From: Capsulimonadales bacterium
GTDB lineage: Bacteria > Armatimonadota > Armatimonadia > Armatimonadales > Armatimonadaceae
DNA length: 64,000 nt
Direction of reading: 5' to 3'
NCBI GenBank assembly: GCA_033762295.1
Contig: JANRLW010000020.1
Coordinates: 1 to 64,000, forward strand
The translations under genes and the position numbers were made by a program. Shown in pieces: positions 20,907 through 30,086 of this stretch (the first letter of the stretch is position 1; each line of letters begins with the position of its first letter). The notes below the pieces were generated by a model. It worked only from the letters and a program-made list of their open reading frames with translations. It ran no database searches and was not told where the DNA came from.

Positions 20907-21653
20907 ATGGCTTCGACATCCGAACCCGATTTCCCGGCGGACGACGGCTCTCCGAAAGGCGCGTCACGCGTCACCGAAATCCCGCTGTTTCCGCTGGAAT
21001 TGGTTCTTTTTCCCTACATGATCCTTCCGTTGCATATCTTCGAAGAGCGGTATAAGGAGATGGTGAACCGCTGTGTCGAGGAGGATATTCCGTTCGGTAT
21101 CGTTCTGGTAACCGGCGTCGATGCGGCCACCGGGGGAGTGGAGACGGGTTCCATCGGCTGTACGGCGAGAATTCAGCGTGTCGAACCGTTGAAGGACGGC
21201 CGGATGAACATCGAAGTCGAGGGGAAGGACCGGTTTCGGATTCTGGATACGCACGAACAGCGCTCGTACCGCACGGCGTTGATCGAACCGTTCGAGGACG
21301 TGGCGGGCGACGATCAGGAGATGCGACCTCTGGTCGAGGAGGTGCAGCGACTTCTCAAGGACTTTCTGATGCGTTCGCTGGCCGCGATGGGTCAGGAGAT
21401 CGGCGATTTTGACCTTCCCGACGACCCCCGGCACCTCTCCTACATTGCGGCCGGAGTCCTGCCGGTCGGGAATGAAGATAAGATGACCCTGCTGACGGTT
21501 CGGGAGACGGCGCAGCGGTTGACGGTCGTCCGGGAGTTTCTTCTGCAGGAAGTGACACGTCTGCGGCGCGCCGCCGAGACCCGGGAGCAGAACGAAACCG
21601 TCTGGAAGCGGCTGGAATCGGACGTGTACGACGCGTACGTCTGTCCCAATTGA
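20907..21653 (+). CDS. LON peptidase substrate-binding domain protein (no ATPase or protease domain)
   Basis: IPLFPLELVLFPYMILPLHIFEERYKEMV, IGCTARI, DGRMNI. Confidence 0.88.
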   Translation: MASTSEPDFPADDGSPKGASRVTEIPLFPLELVLFPYMILPLHIFEERYKEMVNRCVEEDIPFGIVLVTGVDAATGGVETGSIGCTARIQRVEPLKDGRMNIEVEGKDRFRILDTHEQRSYRTALIEPFEDVAGDDQEMRPLVEEVQRLLKDFLMRSLAAMGQEIGDFDLPDDPRHLSYIAAGVLPVGNEDKMTLLTVRETAQRLTVVREFLLQEVTRLRRAAETREQNETVWKRLESDVYDAYVCPN

Positions 21654-21782
21654 TTTCCGTAACGGTGTTCAACGGATTTTTAACGGCGATCGTTCCAAAA
21701 CGGGAACAAGCGTGTAAAATGGGATATAAACGAATGGGCCTCCATTCCGCAACGTCGTGGCTGCCGACGACCAAGGAACACC

Positions 21783-21968
21783 ATGCGCAAATCCGCCCTG
21801 CCGATGCTTCTTTTCATCGTGATCGTTCCGTTCGCCGCGATACTCGTTGGGTGCGGCAAGGACGCCGAACCGACGCCAACACCGGTGACGTTATCCGACC
21901 AGGATAAAGCGTTCCGGGAGCGTGTTATGAATTCCCGCCGGACCAAAGGTGAAAAGGCGGACCGATAA
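21783..21968 (+). CDS. Small putative lipoprotein
   Basis: MRK + hydrophobic stretch + lipobox LVGC; AAGGA SD; sits just upstream of a prepilin-like gene. Confidence 0.65.
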   Translation: MRKSALPMLLFIVIVPFAAILVGCGKDAEPTPTPVTLSDQDKAFRERVMNSRRTKGEKADR

Positions 21969-22027
21969 ACCCTCAGGAAGGAATTGAACCGTTGCGCCCC
22001 TTGAACCTGAAGTCCGGACGCTCCGCC

Positions 22028-22900
22028 ATGGGAGCGTTCACTTTGATCGAACTGCTCGTGGTCATCGCCATTATCGCCATTCTGGCGGCCATTCTTTTTC
22101 CCGTCTTCGCCCAGGCCCGTGATAAGGCCCGCCAGGCCAACTGTATCTCCAACTCCAAGCAGCTCGGACTCTGCTTGCTCCAGTACGTCCAGGATTACGA
22201 TGAAACCTTTCCGTTGAACGCGGCCGAGTATCCGGGACAGCGGTACATTTATGATTACACCTGGGTGAAAAACGTCCAGCCGTACGTCAAGAATCTGCAG
22301 GTGTTCATCTGCCCGAACGGAAAGATGAGTCCGGTCCTGAGTTCGGCCGATGTCGACCCTTCGACGGATATCACCCGATCCGGTGATGTCGGCGTAACCA
22401 CCCGGCCGAGGGGCGGACCGATCGTCAGCTACGGTATGACCGCCCGCGCCTACTATACCGGGTTCTCGTCGGAGTGCGAGGGGGCGCCCTGTTATTACGC
22501 GAACGAGTACAACGGCGGGGTCGCGTTGTACGATGGGATCGGCGGCTACAAGGCCGATCCGAACAGCTCCATGGAGTGCGGCGGCCCGGCTTATGAGGCT
22601 CCGAGCCTCGGGCTGGCGGCGATCGCCCGCCCCGCCGAATACGTTCTGCTCGAGGAGACCAGTCGTTACGATACGGGGGCCTGTTCCGGATTCATCTCCT
22701 ACCTCCGTCCCCGCCATAACAACGGCGGCACGTTCGTCAGCCCGACCTACGGAGACCTGGTCGGCAAGGGACTGGCTACCATTACCTTCTCGGACGGTCA
22801 TGTCAAGCCGATGCGCGGTGAGCAGTTGTATGACATCATCGTCGACGGGCCGAACGGTTCTCAGGGGGACTACTATCGCCATTTCTTCCCGGGTAAGTAG
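22028..22900 (+). CDS. Prepilin-type N-terminal methylation / DUF1559 / H-X9-DG-like protein
   Basis: [45 protein letters not shown]...FSDGH with an insertion. TTG 21992 is an alternative start. Confidence 0.92.
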   Translation: MGAFTLIELLVVIAIIAILAAILFPVFAQARDKARQANCISNSKQLGLCLLQYVQDYDETFPLNAAEYPGQRYIYDYTWVKNVQPYVKNLQVFICPNGKMSPVLSSADVDPSTDITRSGDVGVTTRPRGGPIVSYGMTARAYYTGFSSECEGAPCYYANEYNGGVALYDGIGGYKADPNSSMECGGPAYEAPSLGLAAIARPAEYVLLEETSRYDTGACSGFISYLRPRHNNGGTFVSPTYGDLVGKGLATITFSDGHVKPMRGEQLYDIIVDGPNGSQGDYYRHFFPGK

Positions 22901-22928
22901 TCAATCCGTCCGGTAAGACCGACAACGA

Positions 22929-22967
22929 AAAAAACCGGGGGATGCCATCGGCATCCCCCGGTTTTTT
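22929..22967. terminator. Bidirectional intrinsic terminator
   Basis: AAAAAACCGGGGGATGCC-atc-GGCATCCCCCGGTTTTTT between convergent genes. Confidence 0.92.
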
Positions 22968-22976
22968 GACTTGCCG

Positions 22977-25574
22977 TCAGTCGCGGTCCGGCGCGGAGAA
23001 TCCGGCCATCCCGAACCGGCGCGGCGGTTTCGGTGTGTTCACACCCTTGATAGCGTGCCACAGGATGTCGTTCAGCTCCTCGTCCGGTTCCGATTCCTCC
23101 CGCCGCGGGTTCAGCAACCGCTCGGAGTCGGCGGATCGGTAGGCCACCGACCGGTTGATCTCACCGATAATCTCCTTCGCCGGAAGGATGGCGTCATACG
23201 GGGTATCGTTGTCCGAAGCGGCCGTGAAGATTCCGAAAGGCGTAGCGGCGGCGTCGTAATGGTTGAGCGGATCGGTTCCCATCAGCAGGCCCATCGTCCG
23301 CAACATGGAGTCGGTATTGTAGAACCGGCTGTCCACGGTCCCCTTGCGGATGAACGGGCTGATGACGAACGCGATGGAGCGGTGAGCGTCGACATGGTCG
23401 AATCCCGCCTGCGAGTCGTCCTCGATCACGAAGATCGCGGTTTTTTTCCAGTACGGGGATTTACTGATCGCCTCGACCAGTTGACCGACCGCGTAATCGT
23501 TATCGGCGACCATGGCGCGCGGTGAATACTGTCCGGCGGCGGTTCCGGCGGTGTGGTCGCGGCCCAGACGGACCATCATGAAGCGCGGCAGGTTTTTATT
23601 CCGGACGTACTCGTTGAACTCCCGCAGCCAGGCCGTCATACGGGCCGGGTCGTTGAATTTGCCGAAGGTCTTCATCTGTTTCGGCGCGGGCGGCAGGTTA
23701 TACTTCACCCAGGCTTCGCTGTCGGCGTAGGAGGTGTCGTAGCCATAGAAATCCCGGCACGTCGTGCCGGTAAGCGCTTTCTTCGCCGGGGTATTTCGAT
23801 TTCCTTCCGGACCCGCTTCGGGGTTATTGCGGGGCAACTGGAAGTCATCGACGAAGAAACCGTAGTTGCGATAGGGGAGCTTTTTCGCGCCGACCCGATC
23901 CCAGATGTAGCCGCCGGCGGTTCGGGAGACGTCCGGAACGTCCATCAGGTCGACCGGGACGCCGTTGTTGGTCCCTTCGTAATCGTAGGGCTGTTCCTTG
24001 CCCGTGTAGCCGTAGACGACGTTGCGGGAGTTATAGGCGGTCACCATCCCCTGGGTCGACCAGTTCCAGCCGTCCCCGGAGACCTCGGCGCAACAATAGA
24101 AGTTGTCGAGCAGGACGAATCGTTCCGCCAGGGCATGCTGGTTGGGGGTCACTTCCCGACCGAACATCAGCAGGCTTTTGTCACCGTTCCCGACCGGGAG
24201 GTCGGACAGCACCTGATCGTAGGTCCGGTTTTCCTTGATGATGTAGATCACATGCTCGATGCCCGGATTGACAAACTTCTCCGGTTTCCGGGCGATGGCG
24301 GTCCGGTTGTTCTTCAGCACCTGCTCGGTCTTTGCCGCGAGGTTCGGTCGTACCCCGGCGAAATCGATGGCCGACACCGTGCCTTCGATGATGTTCTGGA
24401 TATACTGGCTGCGCCCCGGAATCTCCGGGTTGGGCTTGTCATTGGGATTGCGCGCGGCGATTCCCTTGGCGTTGGCGACGAACAGTTTACCGTTGGGAGC
24501 GTATGCGACGGCGGTGGGATACCATCCGGTGGGGATATAGCCGAGCACCTGACCTTTGTCGGCGTCCACCACGCCCACCGCATTGAGATCGGACAGGGCC
24601 ACGAATAGAAGGCGTTCGTCGGTGGAAAACGCCATGCCCTGCGGGGTCACGGAGGGAATGCCGCGCAGGTCCGCCGGACGCAGAAGAATGGTTCGGACGA
24701 TTTTGTCGGTCGACGTGTCCACCACGGCGATCGTATCGCTTCCGGAAACGGCCACGTACAACCGATCCTGCGCCTTGTTCAACAGGAGGGAGGAGGGACT
24801 GGCGCCGACCGGAATGGTCTTCGCCACCCGGGCAGCGGTCGGATCGAGGAGGACGAGGTTTCCTCGCTGTTCGCTGGTGACATACACCTTCTTATCCGCG
24901 TTCGGACCGACGGTCAGGGCGGCCACGGCGAAGGGATAACCGGGAGTCGCGATGGTCGCGCGGACCGAACCGGAGGCGACATCCGTCACCGAGACGCTGC
25001 CCTGCAGTTCGGGCGACGCCGGATCGATCGTATTGTTGGCCGAATACATCGTTTTGCCGTCGCTGCTGAAGGCGATTCCGGCCACATGGTTGGGTTTCCT
25101 GCCGGCGAGAGAGGAAGGCGTCACCAGGTCCGACGCATTGCGGGTGAGCGACCCGTCCGCGCCGACCGCCATCGGGGTCACGCGATCGTCCGAACCGCGG
25201 GCGGCATAGAGCGTACTGCCGACGAACGCGAGTCCGTAGAACGCGCCTTCCCGGCGACCGGGTCGACCGGGCGCGGGCTCTTCAAAATCGACCTTGCCCG
25301 CGACGTCACCGGTGTCGGTTCGCAGCATCGAGACGCGGGAACGGGCGCCCAGGGTGGTGACCGCCACGAACCGGCCGTCCGGCGAGAGCGCCAGATTGCA
25401 GGGATAGGAGCCGACGTTCGTTTGCGCTCCCTCGGGGGTGAGAAACTTGCCGGTCACCAGCGGAATGGCCGTTGGCGTCACGACGGACTGGCGCGCCCGA
25501 GCGATGGTGACGCCCGCCGCCGCGATACAGGGGATGGACAATAGGCCGAGGTAGGCCCTGGTAGAATTTCGCAT
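22977..25574 (-). CDS. YVTN/YncE beta-propeller + phosphoesterase (alkaline phosphatase-like) protein
   Basis: Signal peptide; propeller repeats (IPTGWYP, IPVGASP); HVIYIIKENRTYDQV, DNFY, DHT, EDDSQAGFDHVDAHRS. Confidence 0.88.
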   Translation of the reverse strand: MRNSTRAYLGLLSIPCIAAAGVTIARARQSVVTPTAIPLVTGKFLTPEGAQTNVGSYPCNLALSPDGRFVAVTTLGARSRVSMLRTDTGDVAGKVDFEEPAPGRPGRREGAFYGLAFVGSTLYAARGSDDRVTPMAVGADGSLTRNASDLVTPSSLAGRKPNHVAGIAFSSDGKTMYSANNTIDPASPELQGSVSVTDVASGSVRATIATPGYPFAVAALTVGPNADKKVYVTSEQRGNLVLLDPTAARVAKTIPVGASPSSLLLNKAQDRLYVAVSGSDTIAVVDTSTDKIVRTILLRPADLRGIPSVTPQGMAFSTDERLLFVALSDLNAVGVVDADKGQVLGYIPTGWYPTAVAYAPNGKLFVANAKGIAARNPNDKPNPEIPGRSQYIQNIIEGTVSAIDFAGVRPNLAAKTEQVLKNNRTAIARKPEKFVNPGIEHVIYIIKENRTYDQVLSDLPVGNGDKSLLMFGREVTPNQHALAERFVLLDNFYCCAEVSGDGWNWSTQGMVTAYNSRNVVYGYTGKEQPYDYEGTNNGVPVDLMDVPDVSRTAGGYIWDRVGAKKLPYRNYGFFVDDFQLPRNNPEAGPEGNRNTPAKKALTGTTCRDFYGYDTSYADSEAWVKYNLPPAPKQMKTFGKFNDPARMTAWLREFNEYVRNKNLPRFMMVRLGRDHTAGTAAGQYSPRAMVADNDYAVGQLVEAISKSPYWKKTAIFVIEDDSQAGFDHVDAHRSIAFVISPFIRKGTVDSRFYNTDSMLRTMGLLMGTDPLNHYDAAATPFGIFTAASDNDTPYDAILPAKEIIGEINRSVAYRSADSERLLNPRREESEPDEELNDILWHAIKGVNTPKPPRRFGMAGFSAPDRD

Positions 25575-25670
25575 GGTGCCATTGTAGCGGCGGCGGATTA
25601 AGAGAGTTTTAAGAACCTTTCATTCCCGCGGTTTTAGGATAAACTAACGGGCGGAGGATGCAGACCGAAC

Positions 25671-26039
25671 ATGAAGACTCTGGGCGATATTCCCCTGCGA
25701 CAGATACCGATCGTGGAACCGTCCGCCTCTCTGGCGGAAGTGATCCGATTGATGGAGGCCGAACCGTTGCGGACGGTCGCGCTGGTCGGCGACGAGCAGT
25801 TCTTCGGGCTTTTCAATGACGATTCGCTGGCGGGCGATCTGATTCCGCCCGGCGAGGATCTTTCCCTTTTGCAGGTCGGGCCGTACGTACATTCGACCCG
25901 GGTGGTCGGGGAACCGGAAATGCCGACCGACACTGCGCGGGCGCTCGCCGAACGTCGGAAGATGACGGTGATTCCGATCGTGGAAAACGTCTCCTATCGC
26001 GGTGTCGTGACAATCGACGATTTGAAAACGTCGTCCTGA
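25671..26039 (+). CDS. CBS domain pair protein
   Basis: VEPSASLAEVIRLM...IPIVENVSYRGVVTIDDL; GGAGG SD. Confidence 0.78.
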   Translation: MKTLGDIPLRQIPIVEPSASLAEVIRLMEAEPLRTVALVGDEQFFGLFNDDSLAGDLIPPGEDLSLLQVGPYVHSTRVVGEPEMPTDTARALAERRKMTVIPIVENVSYRGVVTIDDLKTSS

Positions 26040-26057
26040 CGCCGGACGGTTTCCTCC

Positions 26058-26636
26058 TTACTTTTTCCCGGTCGAGCCGGGGCGGGTGACCGGAACGCGA
26101 TTCAGCCAGTCGGGAACGGCGTCGGGGTCGTACGCTTCGACCTTCAACGGTAGTAGAGCGATCGTCGGGACGCCGAAATCAACGGTCCCTCCGGAACGGT
26201 CGATGAGCAGTCCGACGCCGCACAGTTGTCCGCCCGCCGAGGTCACCAGGTCGATACACTCCCGAACCGACCCGCCGGTCGTCAGGACGTCATCGACCAC
26301 GAGGACCCGCTGACCGCTTCGGAGGTGTTCGGGACGCCGGAGGAACCGTTTTCCGTCCGCGCCCTTCTCGCCGTAGGCGGCGGGGACGCCCAGATGTTTC
26401 GCCACTTCGTAAGCCAGGAGGACACCGAGGGTCGTCGGGCCCAGGACGACATCGGGCGCGAGCGAAGCGGACCGGGCCGCCAGCTCCCGGCAGAGCGTTT
26501 CGACGTGCCACGGCTGGTTCAGGACGTTGAATTTTTCGAAATAACGGTCGGAGTGCTTGCCACTGGTCAGAATGAAATGCCCGGTGAGAAGGGCTCCGCT
26601 GTTTTCGAAGAGGTTGAGAATATCGGAATCGGTCAT
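26058..26636 (-). CDS. pyrE: Orotate phosphoribosyltransferase
   Basis: GHFILTSGKHS, PRPP motif VLVVDDVLTTGGS, PGS tail. Confidence 0.92.
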   Translation of the reverse strand: MTDSDILNLFENSGALLTGHFILTSGKHSDRYFEKFNVLNQPWHVETLCRELAARSASLAPDVVLGPTTLGVLLAYEVAKHLGVPAAYGEKGADGKRFLRRPEHLRSGQRVLVVDDVLTTGGSVRECIDLVTSAGGQLCGVGLLIDRSGGTVDFGVPTIALLPLKVEAYDPDAVPDWLNRVPVTRPGSTGKK

Positions 26637-26737
26637 GGGTATCCCTTTTCGGAAGCGCAGGGCGTTATCTGGCAGAATACCGCGCCGGGTGGCCTGCGTC
26701 CATGCCCGACTGTTGGAAGGGTTGGAAAGGCGAGTAG

Positions 26738-27793
26738 ATGCGGGCGACCATCAAGCAGATAGCGGAGAAGACCGGGCTTTCCGTGCCCACGGTCAGTCGG
26801 ATTCTCAGCGATAAGGGAGCCGCTCACCAGGAATCGACCCGGGAACGGGTCCTGGCGGCGGCGCGTGAATTGGGGTACCGCCCGAACAGTTCGGCGCGCG
26901 CGATGCGGCGCGGGCGTTTTGACACGATCACGCTGTTGCGCAGCGCGACCGACGCCGCCCGGAGCCAACTTCCCGCCGAACTGCTGGCGGGGATACAGGA
27001 GGCACTGCACCGGGCGGAGATCCGCCTGTCGATCGCCTCGCTTCCCGACCCGCAACTGACCGATCCCGGCTTCATGCCGATTATCCTGCGGGAATGGGCG
27101 TCGGATGGACTTCTGATCAACTATAACGCCGCGATTCCGAACGAGTTGATTCGCCTGATCGCCGAATACTCGATTCCGGCCATCTGGATCAATTCCCGTC
27201 ATTCGGCGGACTGTATATTTCCCGACGATGAAGCGGCCGCCGCCGATGCGACACGCCACCTGATCACCCTGGGGCATCGCCGGATCGCCTACGTCGACTT
27301 TCAGGAGTCGGGGCATTACAGCGCGGCGGAACGGCGTAACGGATACGAAGCGGCGATGGCGGAAGCGGGTCTGTCACCCCGGAAAATCGTCGGACAATAC
27401 ATTCCCGAGCGTCTGGGAACCGTACCGTCCGAGGTTGACGAACGTTTCGGCGGCGACTGGCCGACCGCCCTGCTGACCTACGGCGCCCACACGATGCGCC
27501 CGATCCTGATCGCCGCGCTGGCCCGGGGTCGCCGGATACCGGAGGACCTTTCCGTCATCGATATCACCGCCCATAATCGCGAGACGATCTCGGTTCCGGT
27601 CGATTCGATGGTGTTGCCGCAGCTGGAAATCGGTCGCCGCGCCGTTGAAATGCTTCTCGACAAGATCGCCGATGGCCGCTCTTTCGCCCCGTGTCCGATT
27701 CCGTTCGGCCGCAGTTTCGGGGCGACCTCCGGACCTCCGCCGGAACGGGTATCCTCAGTGGGTGGCGACGATTCTTCTCCTGACGTGGCGTGA
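26738..27793 (+). CDS. LacI family transcriptional regulator
   Basis: TIKQIAEKTGLSVPTVSRIL, LGYRPN, LGHRRIA, IPEDLSVI. Confidence 0.92.
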   Translation: MRATIKQIAEKTGLSVPTVSRILSDKGAAHQESTRERVLAAARELGYRPNSSARAMRRGRFDTITLLRSATDAARSQLPAELLAGIQEALHRAEIRLSIASLPDPQLTDPGFMPIILREWASDGLLINYNAAIPNELIRLIAEYSIPAIWINSRHSADCIFPDDEAAAADATRHLITLGHRRIAYVDFQESGHYSAAERRNGYEAAMAEAGLSPRKIVGQYIPERLGTVPSEVDERFGGDWPTALLTYGAHTMRPILIAALARGRRIPEDLSVIDITAHNRETISVPVDSMVLPQLEIGRRAVEMLLDKIADGRSFAPCPIPFGRSFGATSGPPPERVSSVGGDDSSPDVA

Positions 27794-28601
27794 AGCGGTT
27801 CGGCGGCGGGTTCCCGGAATCCTGGCGCTGGTGGCCCTCATGCTCGCGCTCGGAGCCTTCCTGCCCGCGGGCGGACGTCTGGCCCTCCTTCCGCCGGAGG
27901 AGGGGAACCGAGTCTTCGCCTCCCTTTATATCTTCTTCGGAGTCAATATCATCAAGTTTTTCGCCGCCGTGCTGAGCGTCGCTCTCGCTGCCGGTGCATT
28001 GACGTCCGAGCGGGAGCGAGGGGGATTGACGATCGTCCTGAGCAAGCCGATCTCCCGAACGGAGTTTTACCTCGGAAAATGGATCGGTCTGGTGACGTTT
28101 ATCGTCGGTGGGGTGGCAGTCTGGGGCGTCACGGTCTTCGTGGTCGCCGGCCTTCGCGGACCGGGCGATTGGACCGTCGCGCCGCTCAAAGCGATCCCCG
28201 CACTATGTCTTTATCCGGTCGTCTTTGTTTCGGTGGCGTTGTTCTGTTCGTCCTTTGCCCGTTTTCCGTCGGCGATCGGCTGGACGGCGGTCTGGACCGG
28301 GATCGGCTGGGCTGAGGGAACCTTCTTCGTTCTATCCCATCTGTTCTCCATACCGTCCCTGCGGCAGCTTTCCGTCTGGTCGGGTTTCGTCTTTCCGATC
28401 GGGCGCATGTCCCGAACGGTCGCCGATGCGATGGGCGATTTGCCGGGTCTGAACGTTCTCGAAGAGACAGCGGACGGCGGCGCGAACGGGCCCGTTTTCG
28501 GCACGCTCGCCAATGGTCCGTACGATACGTTCTACGTGCTGTTGTTCGCACTGGCGCTGGTGGTCGCGGGGGGAATATGGTTCGCCCGTCAGGACGTATA
28601 G
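27762..28601 (+). CDS. ABC-2 type transporter permease
   Basis: LTWREAVRRR, SERERGGLTIVLSKPISRTEFYLGK; six TM helices; GTG start inferred. Confidence 0.8.
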   Translation: MATILLLTWREAVRRRVPGILALVALMLALGAFLPAGGRLALLPPEEGNRVFASLYIFFGVNIIKFFAAVLSVALAAGALTSERERGGLTIVLSKPISRTEFYLGKWIGLVTFIVGGVAVWGVTVFVVAGLRGPGDWTVAPLKAIPALCLYPVVFVSVALFCSSFARFPSAIGWTAVWTGIGWAEGTFFVLSHLFSIPSLRQLSVWSGFVFPIGRMSRTVADAMGDLPGLNVLEETADGGANGPVFGTLANGPYDTFYVLLFALALVVAGGIWFARQDV

Positions 28602-28658
28602 GACATATCACCGGGGAAGGACGGCGCGTTCCCCGCCTCAGAGGTTACGGAGGGTTTC

Positions 28659-29093
28659 ATGCTTCGCAAGGGAATTGTCGAACGGCAAGTGGAGGCGCTG
28701 GTCAGAACCCTTTTTCTTCTCAAACGACGGGAGGAGGAGGGAGCGCTGGCGGAGGTACGTCAGGGGTTGACGGCCGCGAGCAAGGAACTCACCGGAATCC
28801 CCTGGAATCTGGCACGGACCATGACCGCGGAGTCCCTGCTGGGACTCTTGCGAAACGGTTCGCTGCTGGATGCCGGACGGGCGGCGGTGCTGGCGGTGTT
28901 GCTGCACGAACATGGAATGCGCGAGGAGTCGATCGACTCGAACGGGGCGGCGCGGACCGAATTCTCCAAGGCGCTCGTCCTGCTGGAGGCGGCGGTGGAG
29001 AGCGAACCCCTGTTACGGACGGCGGAGTTCGAGGAGCGTCTGGCCGATCTGCGTGTTCGTCTCGGAGTGCCGAACAGGCCGAAGAAAGGATAA
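28659..29093 (+). CDS. Hypothetical helical protein (DUF6483-like)
   Basis: MLRKGIVERQVEALV N-terminus; GGAGG SD. Confidence 0.6.
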   Translation: MLRKGIVERQVEALVRTLFLLKRREEEGALAEVRQGLTAASKELTGIPWNLARTMTAESLLGLLRNGSLLDAGRAAVLAVLLHEHGMREESIDSNGAARTEFSKALVLLEAAVESEPLLRTAEFEERLADLRVRLGVPNRPKKG

Positions 29094-29122
29094 AGCCCGG
29101 CGCAGAATCGCGACCGGGCTTT
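29092..29122. terminator. Hairpin between convergent genes
   Basis: AAAGCCCGG ... CCGGGCTTT. Confidence 0.6.
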
Positions 29123-29143
29123 CAGGGGACGAGGGACAGGTAT

Positions 29144-29368
29144 TTACAGTTCGCTTTCGTGATAGTGGCGAACCGTGCGCCAGCGGCACGTCGGGCAGCC
29201 GTAGCGAACCATGATCTCGTCGTCATCCACACGCTCACGCACATCTTCGCGCGCGAGGTCTCCGCACTGGGCGCAACGCACCACGCGCGGAATCCAGACA
29301 GTAGACGCGACATGATGGGGATGTGCCTCCGCCATATTTGCCGGCCGTTGGGCCAACGTCGTTCCCAT
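29144..29368 (-). CDS. Small CxxC...CxxC zinc-ribbon-like protein (74 aa)
   Basis: CAQC and CPTC; strong AGGAGG SD 8 nt before ATG. Confidence 0.62.
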   Translation of the reverse strand: MGTTLAQRPANMAEAHPHHVASTVWIPRVVRCAQCGDLAREDVRERVDDDEIMVRYGCPTCRWRTVRHYHESEL

Positions 29369-29665
29369 TTCCAATTCCTCCTGAGTGGTTAAAAAAACCG
29401 CGTGGGGCCTGAAGGTTCCATGCGGCGGTCCTCTTTGACCACACCTATGTTATCACGAGGACGGGGATTTGGATTAAGGGAAGGTTAAATTCTCGAAAAA
29501 ATATTCTAACAGGAAAATGTTTCAAAACGGTTTCAAAAGCCGAGGTTCGAAATAATTCTTTTTTGTTCGTCGGTTCAGGGATACGAGGGTCGAGCGAGCG
29601 TGACAAGAATCGCGATTCGAGCGTACAATGACGTTGTGCCCATATCCCAAAAAGGTAGGAACAGG

Positions 29666-29977
29666 ATGAAACGAATCGCTCTCTCCCTGGTGACCGTCGT
29701 GGCGTTCTCCGCCGTGACCGCCTTCGCACAGGAAAAGCCGGCGGCAAAAAAACCGGCCAAAACCGAAGTGATCGCCAATGCAATCAAGGGCGGCAAGGCG
29801 ATCTGCCCGATTATGAAGGAAGAATTCCCGGTCAAAACAACTTCCGCCCGGTCGAACTACAAGGGTAAAACCTACGTCTTCTGCTGCGAGGGCTGCAAGC
29901 CGGAATTTGACAAGGCCCCGGCAAAGTACGCGGCCGCCGCCAAGCCGGCTCCGAAAACCTCGAAACCCAAATCGTAA
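29666..29977 (+). CDS. Exported YHS-domain protein
   Basis: Signal peptide; CPIM...YKGKTYVFCCEGCKPEFDKAPAKY. Confidence 0.85.
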   Translation: MKRIALSLVTVVAFSAVTAFAQEKPAAKKPAKTEVIANAIKGGKAICPIMKEEFPVKTTSARSNYKGKTYVFCCEGCKPEFDKAPAKYAAAAKPAPKTSKPKS

Positions 29978-29991
29978 GCGGCGCGATCCTC

Positions 29992-30030
29992 TTGCCGGAA
30001 CCGGGGACCGATTCCGGGCGGTTCCGGCAA
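29992..30030. terminator. Inverted repeat after the YHS gene
   Basis: TTGCCGGAACCG / CGGTTCCGGCAA, 12-bp perfect arms. Confidence 0.55.
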
Positions 30031-30086
30031 AGCCGCTCCAATGAACCCGATAGACACGCATCCCCCGAACGCGGTATGATACGGGC

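Noticed and set aside
19700..22140. Diversity-generating retroelement or recombination cassette among the prepilin-like genes
   Set aside because: The shared 5' regions differ at synonymous positions of all base types, and no reverse transcriptase or recombinase is present in the window.
29500..29545. GTTTCAAAA direct repeat in an AT-rich intergenic region as a CRISPR or iteron remnant
   Set aside because: Only two short adjacent copies with no spacers; more likely part of a divergent promoter or operator.
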